Notes under the pieces: model-generated
Told to the model about the DNA's origin: nothing
Databases searched by the model: none
What the model saw: only the letters and a program-made list of their open reading frames with translations
Shown: positions 20,001 through 27,547 of the stretch, in pieces
How the letters are laid out: every line of letters begins with the position of its first letter
How positions within the stretch are numbered: position 1 is the stretch's first letter
Program-made: the position numbers and the translations under genes
Virus record (IMG/VR): IMGVR_UViG_3300028833_000077
Source: a virus
Lineage: Duplodnaviria > Caudoviricetes
DNA: 64,000 bases
Strand: one strand, 5' to 3'

Positions 20001-20455
20001 TTAATGGGCTTCTTAATTGCAATCTTAAAGTATTGTCCTTTAGGGTCTCTGTCATAGAAAATAAGAGAACTTGCCTGTGCATCAGCTTCCATATCATCTA
20101 TTTCTTTCTTTGTCATTTTGGAAGTGTCAAACATCCTTAATGAAGATTTGGCCATCTCCATCCAAAAGTTGTACTCTTCCATTACGGAATCATACTCGTC
20201 CTCAGAAACCTCTACTTGCATAAAGTGCTCTAAGAATTTCCCGAACCCTTCAGGGTCTTCAAGCATGTTGTCCCTTTTGTTAGGCTCTGCTGCTTGAAGG
20301 CTGGCTCCTATAATTGAGTATATCACAGAGACAGCATGTTCTTCTGTGCCCTCAGAAATACCAAGGGATTGCTTCTGTTCTTTACTTAGCCTATTGATAG
20401 TCTTATTGGCAAGACGTTCTTTGGCTGATGGTATGATGCAAGAATCTTGTGCCAT
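11027..20455 (-). CDS. crAss-type virion RNA polymerase (two-barrel, single polypeptide) with N-terminal PD-(D/E)XK-like domain
   Basis: 3142 aa; catalytic GSDFDIDK, YRIPTEDKYS and ATDGQSF motifs; N-terminal GKPDFLVV...DLKT. Confidence 0.92.
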   Translation of the reverse strand: MAQDSCIIPSAKERLANKTINRLSKEQKQSLGISEGTEEHAVSVIYSIIGASLQAAEPNKRDNMLEDPEGFGKFLEHFMQVEVSEDEYDSVMEEYNFWMEMAKSSLRMFDTSKMTKKEIDDMEADAQASSLIFYDRDPKGQYFKIAIKKPIKTEKPSRQDRTLKAIENIQNLESTWIATEYTDQYGDLKYVHKGERPNEKWKPTGRHKYSYNGKEILATTVSYDVHGDQSDVAFPVMAAPIGTQVDRVGRLFFSKEGIKIYGKNVTIWDKDGNLKEDEFLQEIINSYLEKMFSVQGLKNLIQDFKALQEQLEEEWPGCKVFAGDIRLFGKNEGEWVVGKPDFLVVDSEGIVHTLDLKTAKMTNAEGYFTVLNDQFKSGVEYGKQITRYNRMLQSYGLQVDDTPYVVLVDTWYDSTDKGDKNENPEDKIYDIVELDYKDKDTIETHGLYIAGTEQTLGEYAEEQNNPAVSEAFSDKELLYIEPRLHVKATNDNEHFVMSEELAALRGPKQGVLKDMEAVTYEKQLVLASKEDRNAMEWFAGKIKAMHTAQGTVRLADSDIGSNPELMGEQEIQEVADWMMHMVSKTLDYLSAGSEFEEIPLSIAEEGKSSPLHGKSHLEICRILGNGKPGEGIMKVIDFVFNDRIADRYDPDFSEEWFREECEEAGVEFYEQDFKDAQLQNKKAKWLIDHRSQFIRLGSARLLALEDFLMPVMKEKDSQLLNAASAAEIQIDSEYAKEDEGDNEAVDDFLDKFAEGLTDTEAWMFDQRHHSPRSSLAKEIKRLFEDIVLLDENGEIVYDPYGWELPMFMDGTTATQTILEACKDCEDFEEMLEAMRSLANNPKNRWINELIQRLESNDNLRRKFFRNFRKDALTYSISKVVLDKKTGQKVVVTEVINMKSATQTMLDSLRADFTAGSVGTWEGESLISNKDGKNILTKSSKGGSVAGRIEKAVSALREKGKDLYKKHPGFNGDKKSDEFQDYIAGQLIAEDIKGHSMVKDLTAILHGVGIMVSEDVVLNCLLSKPSRSYTKSNLNILLQFIKRNDNNGYDILSRLSAQNEGLSKNGSIPMGLKGLDAFGPYKDLINKLSGSVQSVVEASVYQDGKTYYSYTNPSRLGHIIRNLKDAMDTYSPLDYENTETKFGRYLERSFGRYRGWFKDIEGENWMNDLLAQLDSDNPAARQALDHKVELTYLGNQYRDLGSLGFMLSILHNYFGTKDDPSNTRWFAMPTMSNKPVNEFVRMLKYGDSMSYKDEIVKRVLLPTFKQEMNRIADVLYHFVTDTVATDQMDLTIKKLKKAGYSPEEIASLKERIRNSAITAEDLVRLGKVTSGAKFHFLWYLNNEIAQSLESDKSMADSIATRVNILLTPNDSKHEERRRQLTNLSDQINLNNTVEQLIRENMQRIEDAEIREMERIGLFATKEIKTGKGDDTRTILRYWEEFDGKIGKEMTRKSMEKDLREFIWQDIAANINIIQITGGDLAYYGNSVNYQKRIAMIHSPGLHMMHDEEIDDGYLRSVHISDHNIMSEIMTNAEVALGRQLATLTNPQERKDFEVMVKFITKGFKEINATDGQSFSSISSMKKKLQLMGEWSDEREEAYNAVASGKFNAYHLGVLMQPTKPLVASEMAKYSGSPTMTLRKTPLQDKNSEYLIILAEALSRSSGNRNKLAAISDFMEATHKFGDGRQGIDTVHFQSVGKVGVSGVIDINHFDEEFNKILALDDQSAYDGDCKDVFGTKGGKVTEADYNSLLKEFLMKHIRKGDSAKPHMKGQDLLEEARLKSEGLLSAGETVYNMQYVDTIPVDDYIIQQEVPAHLLDHEQLYGSQIRILGISDITPSTKGHETIFEVRGEKMTAEELIDEYKSLHAENIEASFNDLMIELGLDQIVKMDDGKKVRVSLPDMDKMSPADRDSVFKKVAFMLQKELAKDAKYGIDMMRSCSLEYNMDTVIDFNVPLMDPIQSKRIQMLINSVIKKTINKQKIKGGPVVQTTAYDKNLHIKFKGKDGRILPTFSEYGKSIEEYEKFLKDNQAGIAYFECYLSIPNAELERLLVKPDGTIMSYEEAKEKLDPEVWKSLTEVIGYRIPTEDKYSMLPLKIMGFLPKAAGQAIMMPQEITYLTGSDFDIDKMYIMLKSFGVELKDTGKGTVNKLMGEYHGDKSMEDFQDRVRQLLSNAEKILKGDKSITLDYNVKTSDGFGNFVEWYRDRILSTSFTEYTDRKSTSPRKAREARNNRLLDLQWAVLTHEDTVSKMLNPGNFNEQKRVGRIIKIIKSKVINPDTGKMWTRNELQSLYERTVSRDGVDAAIGALDALLEGADPHSVTLPMSKIYFQRQNMQGTQMVGIFANNNVSHAFMTFQKVGIDLMKDEDKSFVFDGIAIGDTSTPSIIAVLDRQKGFNGQLISKTIASFLAASVDTAKDPTLADMNVNTFTGGIAMALARLGFDTEVIGLFLSQPIIMELSDLYFREKTDGYYSGTTAINALAEQLNMDTSSEGILRNPYEAGIQDRRTLTRENLLKHLADSDFMEEGADESKLEFQKQILVAFNSLFSIATDLQELTFCTKFNSVTNAVGPTIADTLEDQSRVERFQANTKSVFYVPENVSSEVDEDTGEVIVGKDANGFTNPADVILNDPILHAFYKTTIDEDGASQRIFRNFFPHYFKGFGNMLKYFKENFTKKGKVSSKLYNQLLDDYLYYLLTFEGKVGEREFLPTIPTDNRSKDRLVVELIDSFNQVASIRGRRPNLILDQTLAGSCLRVRKKDDYIGTDILVFEGGQMGTDMQEKIKRAWSDLITYSDPNLYDEQNDQIRRFGVDLFFYTLMRNGFGFNPRTLMHLASMIVKMGAKYDSARTGSKEYLGYIEGLRNIKAVDEALMGSSIDGMKHIRNFLDQFIRNHPNNRSLIPTLQYNDKRISVMGDTVTVSIPEKGKKSALHDVMVSEDTPQQYITVITKIGTKLFSDLYRLDDTGGKVQQTGTGLVIKYTKTSELGLVKNFIEYNANLGTDGTIMESYFEALRGVSGIEDESQEESDDTQRQAGDEVYEPQQEQQESMRSKLKHLDLPFLSGNSPQEKAYRKLLQESYKEAKRNKDNEVLGLFNDLLSSKEGSERAMAARKVNAKFKEQLAKAMDMDISKIEQEIERIFEEQNKCKKG

Positions 20456-20474
20456 TATTATAATGTTTATTAGG

Positions 20475-20482
20475 CAAAGGTA
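20475..20482 (-). promoter_or_regulatory. Bacteroidetes -7 box upstream of RNAP gene
   Basis: TACCTTTG about 20 nt before the ATG at 20455. Confidence 0.7.
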
Positions 20483-20552
20483 ATGCTTTTAGGCCATATA
20501 TATGGAGCTTTAGGCAAAATCTTAACCTTATTTAAAGGGTTTGTTAGAATAT

Positions 20553-20588
20553 ATAAGGGGAACGGCTATAGGCCATTCCCCTCTTAGC
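20553..20588 (-). terminator. Intrinsic terminator ending the accessory-gene run
   Basis: AGGGGAA-cggctataggcca-TTCCCCT inverted repeat just past the stop at 20613. Confidence 0.55.
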
Positions 20589-20612
20589 CAGAGATGGTCA
20601 TGTAAGACCTTG

Positions 20613-21179
20613 TCATTCCATCACAGTGAACTCATGAATGATGATGAAGTTCTCATCCTCGGTAGCAGAGTCTTCATAATCAGCATTCCAAGCCTCTACC
20701 TCTTCCTCAGATTTGACTCCATACTTCTCATAGAGCCACTTATACATAGCTTCTTCTGTCTTAAAGTATTCAGACTGATAGATGTCATCCTGTGCAGTGT
20801 CCACCCAATACCTCTCAGGGAAGTATTTTCCTTCCTTATCATTAGTGCAATACACCTCACAGCCTGACTCCTCTACTACCCAATAGGCCTTGATGTCAGG
20901 GAACTTCTGTCTAAGCAGCTCTTCAAAGTCCTGCAAGCCCCACCTTTCCTCAGCGTGGAACCTTAGAACTCCATTTTCAAGAGTAGGTTCATCAGAGATT
21001 TCTCCTCCAAGCCTTTTATCTTCTAGCCCTTCTTCTGTAAAGCCTAGGTTTATACAAGTCTGATACTCTTCCCAATGCTGACTGTCACTGTGAATAGCTA
21101 AACAAACAGCTCCAAGAATCTCTGTAAGACTCTTTTCACTTCCTTCAATGGCATAAGCCACACTTGCCATGTTTGCCAT
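20613..21179 (-). CDS. Acidic hypothetical protein, possibly YubB ferredoxin-like
   Basis: 188-aa ORF; ERWG...QKFPDIKAYWVVEESG resembles that family. Confidence 0.5.
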   Translation of the reverse strand: MANMASVAYAIEGSEKSLTEILGAVCLAIHSDSQHWEEYQTCINLGFTEEGLEDKRLGGEISDEPTLENGVLRFHAEERWGLQDFEELLRQKFPDIKAYWVVEESGCEVYCTNDKEGKYFPERYWVDTAQDDIYQSEYFKTEEAMYKWLYEKYGVKSEEEVEAWNADYEDSATEDENFIIIHEFTVME

Positions 21180-21180
21180 A

Positions 21181-21375
21181 TTATATCTTTTTTACATCTT
21201 GATACCCTATAGACCAGAACAGCCAACTTAAAGACACTTCAAACCTGTCTTTGTCAAAATCTATACAGATAGCTGGAAATACAAAACTTACCCAGTCCTC
21301 TTTACTCTTCCAATAATTATAGAAGCGCAAGGTTTTCAGCCTTTCTCTTTCTTCTTTTTTCCAAAGTACTTTCAT
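21181..21375 (-). CDS. Hypothetical protein
   Basis: 64 aa, abuts the next gene. Confidence 0.55.
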   Translation of the reverse strand: MKVLWKKEERERLKTLRFYNYWKSKEDWVSFVFPAICIDFDKDRFEVSLSWLFWSIGYQDVKKI

Positions 21376-21660
21376 AGTTCTCCTTTTTTAATTTTTTGAG
21401 TATTAATTCTCAGCATTTCTTCCAAGAATTGAGAAAGAGTAATCTTCCCTTCTGTCAGTTGCCTATATATTACTTCCTCCTCTATACCTAACATGGTTAT
21501 TCTTTATTTAAAGATTCCAACCATTCCTTGTCCACAAGATAGGTACTGCTACCTATACCCATGTTATCGTTAGGTTCTATTAAGGCAGTATTCTCATGAA
21601 AGCCTTCCAGTTCCATGAATGCCTGAATGTCAGGCCATCCTATAACCTCATAGTCCTTCA

Positions 21661-21885
21661 TTATCCATCAATATTAACTATATTATACTTATCTCCATAG
21701 TACTCCTCTAAGTAGGATGCGATCATTGCACCTACTGAATCATCAGTGAAGGTCATGCCTACCATAATTGTACGGAAGGCTTGGCACATATCACCTATTG
21801 AGACATCTGGGTAAGGGAACTCAATAGTTATCTTCTTCTGGCCACTTGTCTCGGCAGTAATCCTTGTAAATTCTATTGTCTCCAT
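21661..21885 (-). CDS. Hypothetical protein
   Basis: 74 aa, tight minus-strand packing. Confidence 0.6.
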   Translation of the reverse strand: METIEFTRITAETSGQKKITIEFPYPDVSIGDMCQAFRTIMVGMTFTDDSVGAMIASYLEEYYGDKYNIVNIDG

Positions 21886-21887
21886 AG

Positions 21888-22316
21888 TTATAACTTAAAA
21901 TCTTTAGTAATATGACACATTCGGAGAACATGTTGGAACTCATGCACATGCTTGAACCTTATCCAACAATGATCTGAAATCCAATATACATTATCTTCCG
22001 TATCATGCTCTATATAGAATCCCTGTCCACGGGGAAAGTCAAAGAATTCTGTATAGTGTACATATACATCTTGGATACTTCCTTCCGTCTCTTCCTTGTT
22101 GAAAGGAAAACCATTCTGTTCCAGTATGCCTCTAGTGAGAAGTATAGGAGACACTTCTGATGCCCTAAGCCAATCCTCTCCACATTGAAGGGTCTTTATA
22201 CCTATTTCATTCCACTGTGGTATATAATCAATACTACATACTTGGTCTGCAATAAAGGTATTCGTGTCAGTCTCTACTAAGACATAATCACCTAACATCA
22301 ATTCCGATAATTCCAT
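21888..22316 (-). CDS. Hypothetical phage protein (likely start MELSELM)
   Basis: ELMLGDYV...PILLT..ILEQNGF...VHEFQH pattern common in Bacteroidetes phages. Confidence 0.65.
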   Translation of the reverse strand: MELSELMLGDYVLVETDTNTFIADQVCSIDYIPQWNEIGIKTLQCGEDWLRASEVSPILLTRGILEQNGFPFNKEETEGSIQDVYVHYTEFFDFPRGQGFYIEHDTEDNVYWISDHCWIRFKHVHEFQHVLRMCHITKDFKL

Positions 22317-22332
22317 TATTTCTTTCTTTTTA

Positions 22333-22785
22333 TTACCAGTGACTATCTGCAAAATGGAATAAAGTATCATCAGGAAGCTTTTTCAAGATTTCAATAGTTC
22401 TTGCTTTATTCCTTTTTTCCTTCTCTTCCCAGTCTTTATACAAGTCTTGTTTACCTAAATTATTATTAGTTCCATCATAGTGCTCAAAGTCAAGACAGTT
22501 CAGACAATCGAAGCTGCCATAGTGATTTGGATCTCTGACATCATAACAGTCATACCAGTAGCCTTTAATGACTTCCTGGTATAACTCAGGGTTGCTTTTC
22601 TTAGTAAAGTCATCTGTAGTCCAACCCATTTTCTTTTTCTTTTCACTTGTCCAGTCATAGTCATCTACCCAATCAGCACCGATAGTCATCTCTGCTGCTG
22701 ATTCTGAGGAACTGCCAGGAGCATCATCAAATATTTTTTGAAGGTTAGCCCTTCCTCCTACAAACAATAGTCTACAATGTGACAT
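22333..22785 (-). CDS. Hypothetical protein
   Basis: 150 aa ending in a D-x-H-x motif (ADSHW). Confidence 0.6.
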   Translation of the reverse strand: MSHCRLLFVGGRANLQKIFDDAPGSSSESAAEMTIGADWVDDYDWTSEKKKKMGWTTDDFTKKSNPELYQEVIKGYWYDCYDVRDPNHYGSFDCLNCLDFEHYDGTNNNLGKQDLYKDWEEKEKRNKARTIEILKKLPDDTLFHFADSHW

Positions 22786-22796
22786 ATTACTTTCTT

Positions 22797-23213
22797 TTAG
22801 GTATTGCCATTCTCCAAATTATTGATAACAAGTAATTCCTTTGAAAACACCTCCGCCTCACTACCATATTGACTTGTTATGAGGATAATGGTGTCATCTT
22901 CTTTTAAGTCACCCTTTATCTCATTGACAGTCCAAACAATATCAAGGTCACGGGCTTCTTCTTCAGGATCATACCATACTACTGTGTCTCTAACATGAAT
23001 AGGCTTTCCTTCCCTGTCTATCATCCCCCTTTTGGGAATGCCCATATACTCTGCTATGATATCCAGACTGGTCCAGAAGAGCTGTTCACAGTAGTCATTT
23101 CCTAGCTTACTTGCCAGTCTCTCCATAGTGTCATCAGACACCTCTGAGGTGTCATATCCAATTTCCTCCAAGTCCTCTCTAGAGACCTGAGTAACTATAA
23201 ACGATTCTTTCAT
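22797..23213 (-). CDS. Hypothetical protein (likely start MKESF)
   Basis: ORF track; operon packing. Confidence 0.6.
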   Translation of the reverse strand: MKESFIVTQVSREDLEEIGYDTSEVSDDTMERLASKLGNDYCEQLFWTSLDIIAEYMGIPKRGMIDREGKPIHVRDTVVWYDPEEEARDLDIVWTVNEIKGDLKEDDTIILITSQYGSEAEVFSKELLVINNLENGNT

Positions 23214-23217
23214 ATTT

Positions 23218-23436
23218 CTAGTCGTCAACACCCCACTCAAAACTGCTTATTCCTGCACGAAGGTAGTCTATATTTATACCATCTTCATAGCATTTATTAG
23301 CTATATCATCATCCAATGTGATGAGAAACACATCAGTACATTCTCCTTGAAGGGGCAAATTCTCTATCTTAGCTTCAGGTATACTGCTAAATACCGAGGG
23401 ATAGCCTGCTTTTAAATGTAGTTCCTTTATTTTCAT
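23218..23436 (-). CDS. Hypothetical protein
   Basis: 72 aa, operon packing. Confidence 0.55.
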   Translation of the reverse strand: MKIKELHLKAGYPSVFSSIPEAKIENLPLQGECTDVFLITLDDDIANKCYEDGINIDYLRAGISSFEWGVDD

Positions 23437-23443
23437 ATACTTC

Positions 23444-24220
23444 TTATTTTATCAGTTCCTTTACAAGTTTCTTTGTCTTCTGTACATAACCTTTGGTCAT
23501 CTCAATCATGTTGACCTCCTTGTTCTTGGAGAGAGAGCAGATAAGCAGTGGATTGTGCACCACTGCTATAATCTGCGTCTGCTCCTTGTGGAAGGACAAC
23601 ACTTCCTTGATGCTGCCAATATTGTCAAGGGAGAGGTTCCTGTCAGGCTCATCCATCAGGATGGTCCATTCATCAGTACCCTCTTGATGATGCTTCTGGA
23701 TATATTCCCAATAGAGAGGGTCACTCTCCTTGAATTGACTGTAGTCAAAGAAGGGGTTGGCCCTTCTTCTGCCATACATATGGTTCCAAAGGGAATTCAA
23801 GGCAACCACCACTCCCTCTCCTGTAGAGGCATTCTTCTGCTCAAACATGGCACCGAAGTCCTCAAAGGTATTAATGGCCTTATGCTGCTCCTTCTCTCCT
23901 GCATGGGACAGACGGAAGGTATTCCTCTGATAGTCTGCATAGACATCCACACCATCAAGAAAACCCTCCTGCTCTAAAGTCCTTTTATACAAACTGTTGA
24001 TGTTGCCTCTGTACATTCCAACATCACAGCTCATATAGTCCACCATGAGGTACTTCTTAATGAGGTTGAGCAGGGTGGTCTTGCCACAACCATTCTCTCC
24101 CACAATAATATTCACTCCAGGCTTGAACTCATATTCAGTACCATTCTTGAAGTTCTTGAGTTCAGGAAGGTACCTCAATGGGGAGTTGGTGTTGTCCTTG
24201 ATTACTACTTTGTATACCAT
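23444..24220 (-). CDS. Stand-alone ABC-type (AAA_21-like) ATPase
   Basis: Walker A GENGCGKT, degenerate signature ASTGE, Walker B/D-loop ILMDEPDRNL, H-loop VVHNP. Confidence 0.85.
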   Translation of the reverse strand: MVYKVVIKDNTNSPLRYLPELKNFKNGTEYEFKPGVNIIVGENGCGKTTLLNLIKKYLMVDYMSCDVGMYRGNINSLYKRTLEQEGFLDGVDVYADYQRNTFRLSHAGEKEQHKAINTFEDFGAMFEQKNASTGEGVVVALNSLWNHMYGRRRANPFFDYSQFKESDPLYWEYIQKHHQEGTDEWTILMDEPDRNLSLDNIGSIKEVLSFHKEQTQIIAVVHNPLLICSLSKNKEVNMIEMTKGYVQKTKKLVKELIK

Positions 24221-24507
24221 TACCTAAGTTTGGCCTTCTCCAATTTATACACATAGTACTCCTCCATCATCTCACCAGAGTTCTCATGCTGCCACTTGAC
24301 TCCAGTGTAGATGTAGCAGTAGGAGGGTTTGTCTCCTTTGTGCCAATCCATGTACACTTTTCCGTGCTTTCTGGCAAGGCAGCCTTCAATATAGTCCTTG
24401 GCAGCCTTTCTTGTCTTGAACCACTCCTGAGCAATCAGCTCAATCTTATCTTCCAAATCACCTCTGACTATATCCTTGTCATGGTGATGTACTGTCACTT
24501 GATACAT
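24220..24507 (-). CDS. Hypothetical protein
   Basis: 95 aa, stop overlaps the ATPase start. Confidence 0.6.
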   Translation of the reverse strand: MYQVTVHHHDKDIVRGDLEDKIELIAQEWFKTRKAAKDYIEGCLARKHGKVYMDWHKGDKPSYCYIYTGVKWQHENSGEMMEEYYVYKLEKAKLR

Positions 24508-24552
24508 AATCTTTTCTTTTAAATTAATGATTTAACAACCTCCCATACAGGT

Positions 24553-24816
24553 TTACTTGGGTTTGTTTTTCCTGTGTCTGAAGACCTTGACGTGCTCACC
24601 AGTGAAGCCTCCAGACCTGGTGTTGTACTGCTCAAGGTCTATCTGATGCAAGAACTCTTGAGCTTCATAGATAGAGTCAGCAGCCTTTTTAATAAGAGAG
24701 TCAACTTCTGGAGTTCTAGCCTCTGCTTTGATATTATCTAGGGTAATAGTGGCCAGCTCTAAGTAATTCAAGGCATCACTGATTCTCTGAGGTACTTTTG
24801 CTTCCTGACAGTTCAT
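24553..24816 (-). CDS. Hypothetical protein
   Basis: 87-aa helical ORF. Confidence 0.6.
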   Translation of the reverse strand: MNCQEAKVPQRISDALNYLELATITLDNIKAEARTPEVDSLIKKAADSIYEAQEFLHQIDLEQYNTRSGGFTGEHVKVFRHRKNKPK

Positions 24817-24818
24817 AA

Positions 24819-24947
24819 TTAACTATTATAGTTTTCTTCTGAGCAGATTGGTGCATCATAGGGATCCACCTCACAATCCAGGTCATTACAATAGTAACTC
24901 CCGTCCTTCATTTTCTGGCAATAGCCACAACTTGAACATCTGTGCAT
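24819..24947 (-). CDS. Small Cys-rich protein (42 aa; not in ORF track)
   Basis: MHRCSSCGYCQKMKDGSYYCNDLDCEVDPYDAPICSEENYNS; CxxCxxC motif; fills the gap between genes. Confidence 0.55.
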   Translation of the reverse strand: MHRCSSCGYCQKMKDGSYYCNDLDCEVDPYDAPICSEENYNS

Positions 24948-24969
24948 ACGCTAAAATACTTTTAATTGT

Positions 24970-25173
24970 CTACCATGCTTCATAGTCTGTAATGTCGAGT
25001 TCCTCACCACATATGGCACACTTGACTGTTATGCTATCTCCTACTGCTGTTGGGGTGAACAGGAAGCTTATATGCCCTCCTATGGTACCCTTATAGACAT
25101 CAGGATGCCTATGCTTGTCCATGAACTCCCTTGCCTGGGTTTCCTCCTTCTCACTCAGACTGAACTGTATCAT
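24970..25173 (-). CDS. Hypothetical protein with CxxC
   Basis: GTIGG...FTPTAVG...KCAICGEELDITDY. Confidence 0.65.
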   Translation of the reverse strand: MIQFSLSEKEETQAREFMDKHRHPDVYKGTIGGHISFLFTPTAVGDSITVKCAICGEELDITDYEAW

Positions 25174-25618
25174 CCTTTTCCTCTCCTATGTTGTTCAGCC
25201 TCTCAAGGACAGTCTCTCTGGCATCAATGATGTATATGTTGTCCTCACAGTCTGTACCTACAAAGAGAATACCATCAGTCTTGTATGCCTTCAGTATCTT
25301 AGCATATGACTTGTCCCTGAAGTCACTATTGTCATCCTGAAGTAACCATGTATTGTCAAGCAGGTATAACTGCATAACAGTATCCACATCCTCTGTACTT
25401 GCTATCTTGACAGCAAAGACCCTAGAGTCCTCACATCCTACTCCGAAGATGGTATACTCATTACCCTTCTCTACAATCAGCTTCTCGAATCTTGTATAGA
25501 CAGTGCATCTTGCAGTCTTCTCATAGAGTTCACACTGTTCCTTGTCAGGGAATTGGGTCCCATCAACTGCCTCATATACAATGTCATAGACAGTTCTCTC
25601 ATTCTTGATTTCCTTCAT
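25151..25618 (-). CDS. Hypothetical protein
   Basis: YEAVDGTQF..K.QC..YE N-terminal motif frequent in phages. Confidence 0.65.
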   Translation of the reverse strand: MKEIKNERTVYDIVYEAVDGTQFPDKEQCELYEKTARCTVYTRFEKLIVEKGNEYTIFGVGCEDSRVFAVKIASTEDVDTVMQLYLLDNTWLLQDDNSDFRDKSYAKILKAYKTDGILFVGTDCEDNIYIIDARETVLERLNNIGEEKDDTVQSE

Positions 25619-26039
25619 AATCTGGTTTTTCTTCTCTTGGTTCTACAAATAAACTACACATGGACTGATAGAAATGCTCAGCCCACTTCTCTACATTTTC
25701 AATAGTGTCTCCATCATGCCATGCCAAGACAAAGTCAAGTCTCTCACCAATGGTTCTTGACATGTCCACATGAATCTCAATGCCCACATGGTTCTGCATA
25801 CTCTTTGGGAGCCTGTCCCAAAGTTCATGCATCTCTGAGTAATCATAGACAGACAGGCCTATCTGATAAGCATACCTCTCATCATCCCACTTGTTGTCTT
25901 CCTTATGGAATCCCTTGCCTATGACATAGTTCTCATGATGCCAATGCTGGCCATACTTCTTATAGCCTTTAGAGTACAGTTCCTCAGCAAGATTTTCAAA
26001 CTTTATCTTGTCCATCCTTGAAGTTCTTTTCAACCTCAT
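25599..26039 (-). CDS. Hypothetical protein
   Basis: 146 aa, overlapping packing. Confidence 0.6.
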   Translation of the reverse strand: MRLKRTSRMDKIKFENLAEELYSKGYKKYGQHWHHENYVIGKGFHKEDNKWDDERYAYQIGLSVYDYSEMHELWDRLPKSMQNHVGIEIHVDMSRTIGERLDFVLAWHDGDTIENVEKWAEHFYQSMCSLFVEPREEKPDYEGNQE

Positions 26040-26289
26040 CCATGTGCTCTACTACCTTCCTCAATTTGTCTACATCGGAGGGCCTGAGTATCATCTCATC
26101 AAAGTCTCCATACCTGCTAGTGTAACCAAAGATATACTTGATACCATGTATGAGTCTTTTCCAAAAGGGTAGTCTACAGAGGTGGAAGGTGACAAACACC
26201 TCACCATCCTCAGTGACAGTCCTGAACATCATCTGATGCTCCATGTTCTCGCACTGGCACAAAACCAGTTCTTCTAACTGCTTCTTCAT
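25996..26289 (-). CDS. Hypothetical protein (likely start MKKQLEE)
   Basis: CQCENMEH...FWKRL..GIKYIFGY.SRYG. Confidence 0.6.
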   Translation of the reverse strand: MKKQLEELVLCQCENMEHQMMFRTVTEDGEVFVTFHLCRLPFWKRLIHGIKYIFGYTSRYGDFDEMILRPSDVDKLRKVVEHMDEVEKNFKDGQDKV

Positions 26290-26424
26290 ATTGCTTTGCC
26301 TTTTTAATCTCATAGTTCCTGGGAGCAGTGACCTTTCTCCATTTCTGGACTTTGTCCCTTCCTCCCTTATTCCAATACCAGTACTTCCAGTAACCTGGTT
26401 TGGCATAACTCTTCTTGCTTACAC

Positions 26425-26613
26425 TCATTCAGGTTCTTTCAACACCTCTTTATGAAAAGTTATATTGCCTGAGCTGAACATCCACTGACAGTCATTGGCA
26501 TTATGGCCTAGAGAGTCCAGCAAATCATCCATATCAGGCTCCTGAATGTACTCTGTGGGATAGATGTCCACATCTCCTGAGTTGAAATCAAGTATTACCA
26601 AGTGTTCCATCAT
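26425..26613 (-). CDS. Hypothetical acidic protein
   Basis: 62 aa. Confidence 0.55.
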   Translation of the reverse strand: MMEHLVILDFNSGDVDIYPTEYIQEPDMDDLLDSLGHNANDCQWMFSSGNITFHKEVLKEPE

Positions 26614-26914
26614 CCTGTTCCTCCTTTTCCTTTACTGGTATAATCAAATAAGACATGAATCTTGAGCCTCCAAAGGCTGTGACTTTTTGAATTCTCATGT
26701 CAAGCAGTTTCTTTGGTATAGAGTCTTTCAGCTTCCCATTCTCATACTCATACTTAGGACAGTCCATGTCCTGACCTATCCTGAAATATCCGAAGTCATA
26801 AGGGCTGCCTTCCAACACTTCATCGATGAACCCCCTTGCAAGAAGGGCATTGTATCCTGATACATCAAAGACAAATCCGTCTTTGAATCCTCCTTTGACA
26901 ATGGCCAGTTTCAT
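26588..26914 (-). CDS. Hypothetical protein
   Basis: 108 aa. Confidence 0.6.
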   Translation of the reverse strand: MKLAIVKGGFKDGFVFDVSGYNALLARGFIDEVLEGSPYDFGYFRIGQDMDCPKYEYENGKLKDSIPKKLLDMRIQKVTAFGGSRFMSYLIIPVKEKEEQDDGTLGNT

Positions 26915-27132
26915 ACTCCATAGGTTTTAGGCAGTTTATTCCTGACAGATTTGATGGTGTCCTTCTCATCAATCTCAATCTTATATCTTCCAGAGTAGGG
27001 GACAAACCATCTCAACTCTACAATGATGGAGATGTCCTCCTTTTCAGCCTGATGCACTATGTCAAGTGCCTCCACAATATCCCTATCCTGTGGGATACCG
27101 TCACATTTGTAAATCTTTACTTCTCTTAGCAT
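26911..27132 (-). CDS. Hypothetical protein
   Basis: 73 aa, ATGA overlap with the next gene. Confidence 0.6.
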   Translation of the reverse strand: MLREVKIYKCDGIPQDRDIVEALDIVHQAEKEDISIIVELRWFVPYSGRYKIEIDEKDTIKSVRNKLPKTYGV

Positions 27133-27133
27133 A

Positions 27134-27547
27134 TCATTTCTTGTTTTTCATTAACTCACACGCTGTAGATACCATTATCCTTGCTACTGAACCCAATAGG
27201 TAGCAGAAAGGCTCCTGGTTGTCAAAGTGCACTTTGGAGTCTGTAAAGAAGAATATCTCCAGTGCCACATGTCCTGCCTCATGTGCCATGGTCTCAGTGC
27301 AGACGTTCTCTTCATCAGGAAACCATACAAGCAGGCACCTCTCATCAGTCTTCTTGTCCTTGACTACATAGGTTGAAGCTCCTGTACTACATGGTTCTCC
27401 AATGATGTCGAACTCATCATCAGCAGGCTTGAAGGAATCATTTATCTCCTTCTTCTTGTCACCAATGGCAACAATGAGATTGACCGGCCATGTGACCAAG
27501 TCATACCTCTTTAGTATGCTCTTGCTCTTCTGTTCCTTCTTTTTCAT
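27134..27547 (-). CDS. Small zincin-like (HExxH) protein
   Basis: TMAHEAGHVA with downstream E (NQEPFCYL). Confidence 0.65.
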   Translation of the reverse strand: MKKKEQKSKSILKRYDLVTWPVNLIVAIGDKKKEINDSFKPADDEFDIIGEPCSTGASTYVVKDKKTDERCLLVWFPDEENVCTETMAHEAGHVALEIFFFTDSKVHFDNQEPFCYLLGSVARIMVSTACELMKNKK

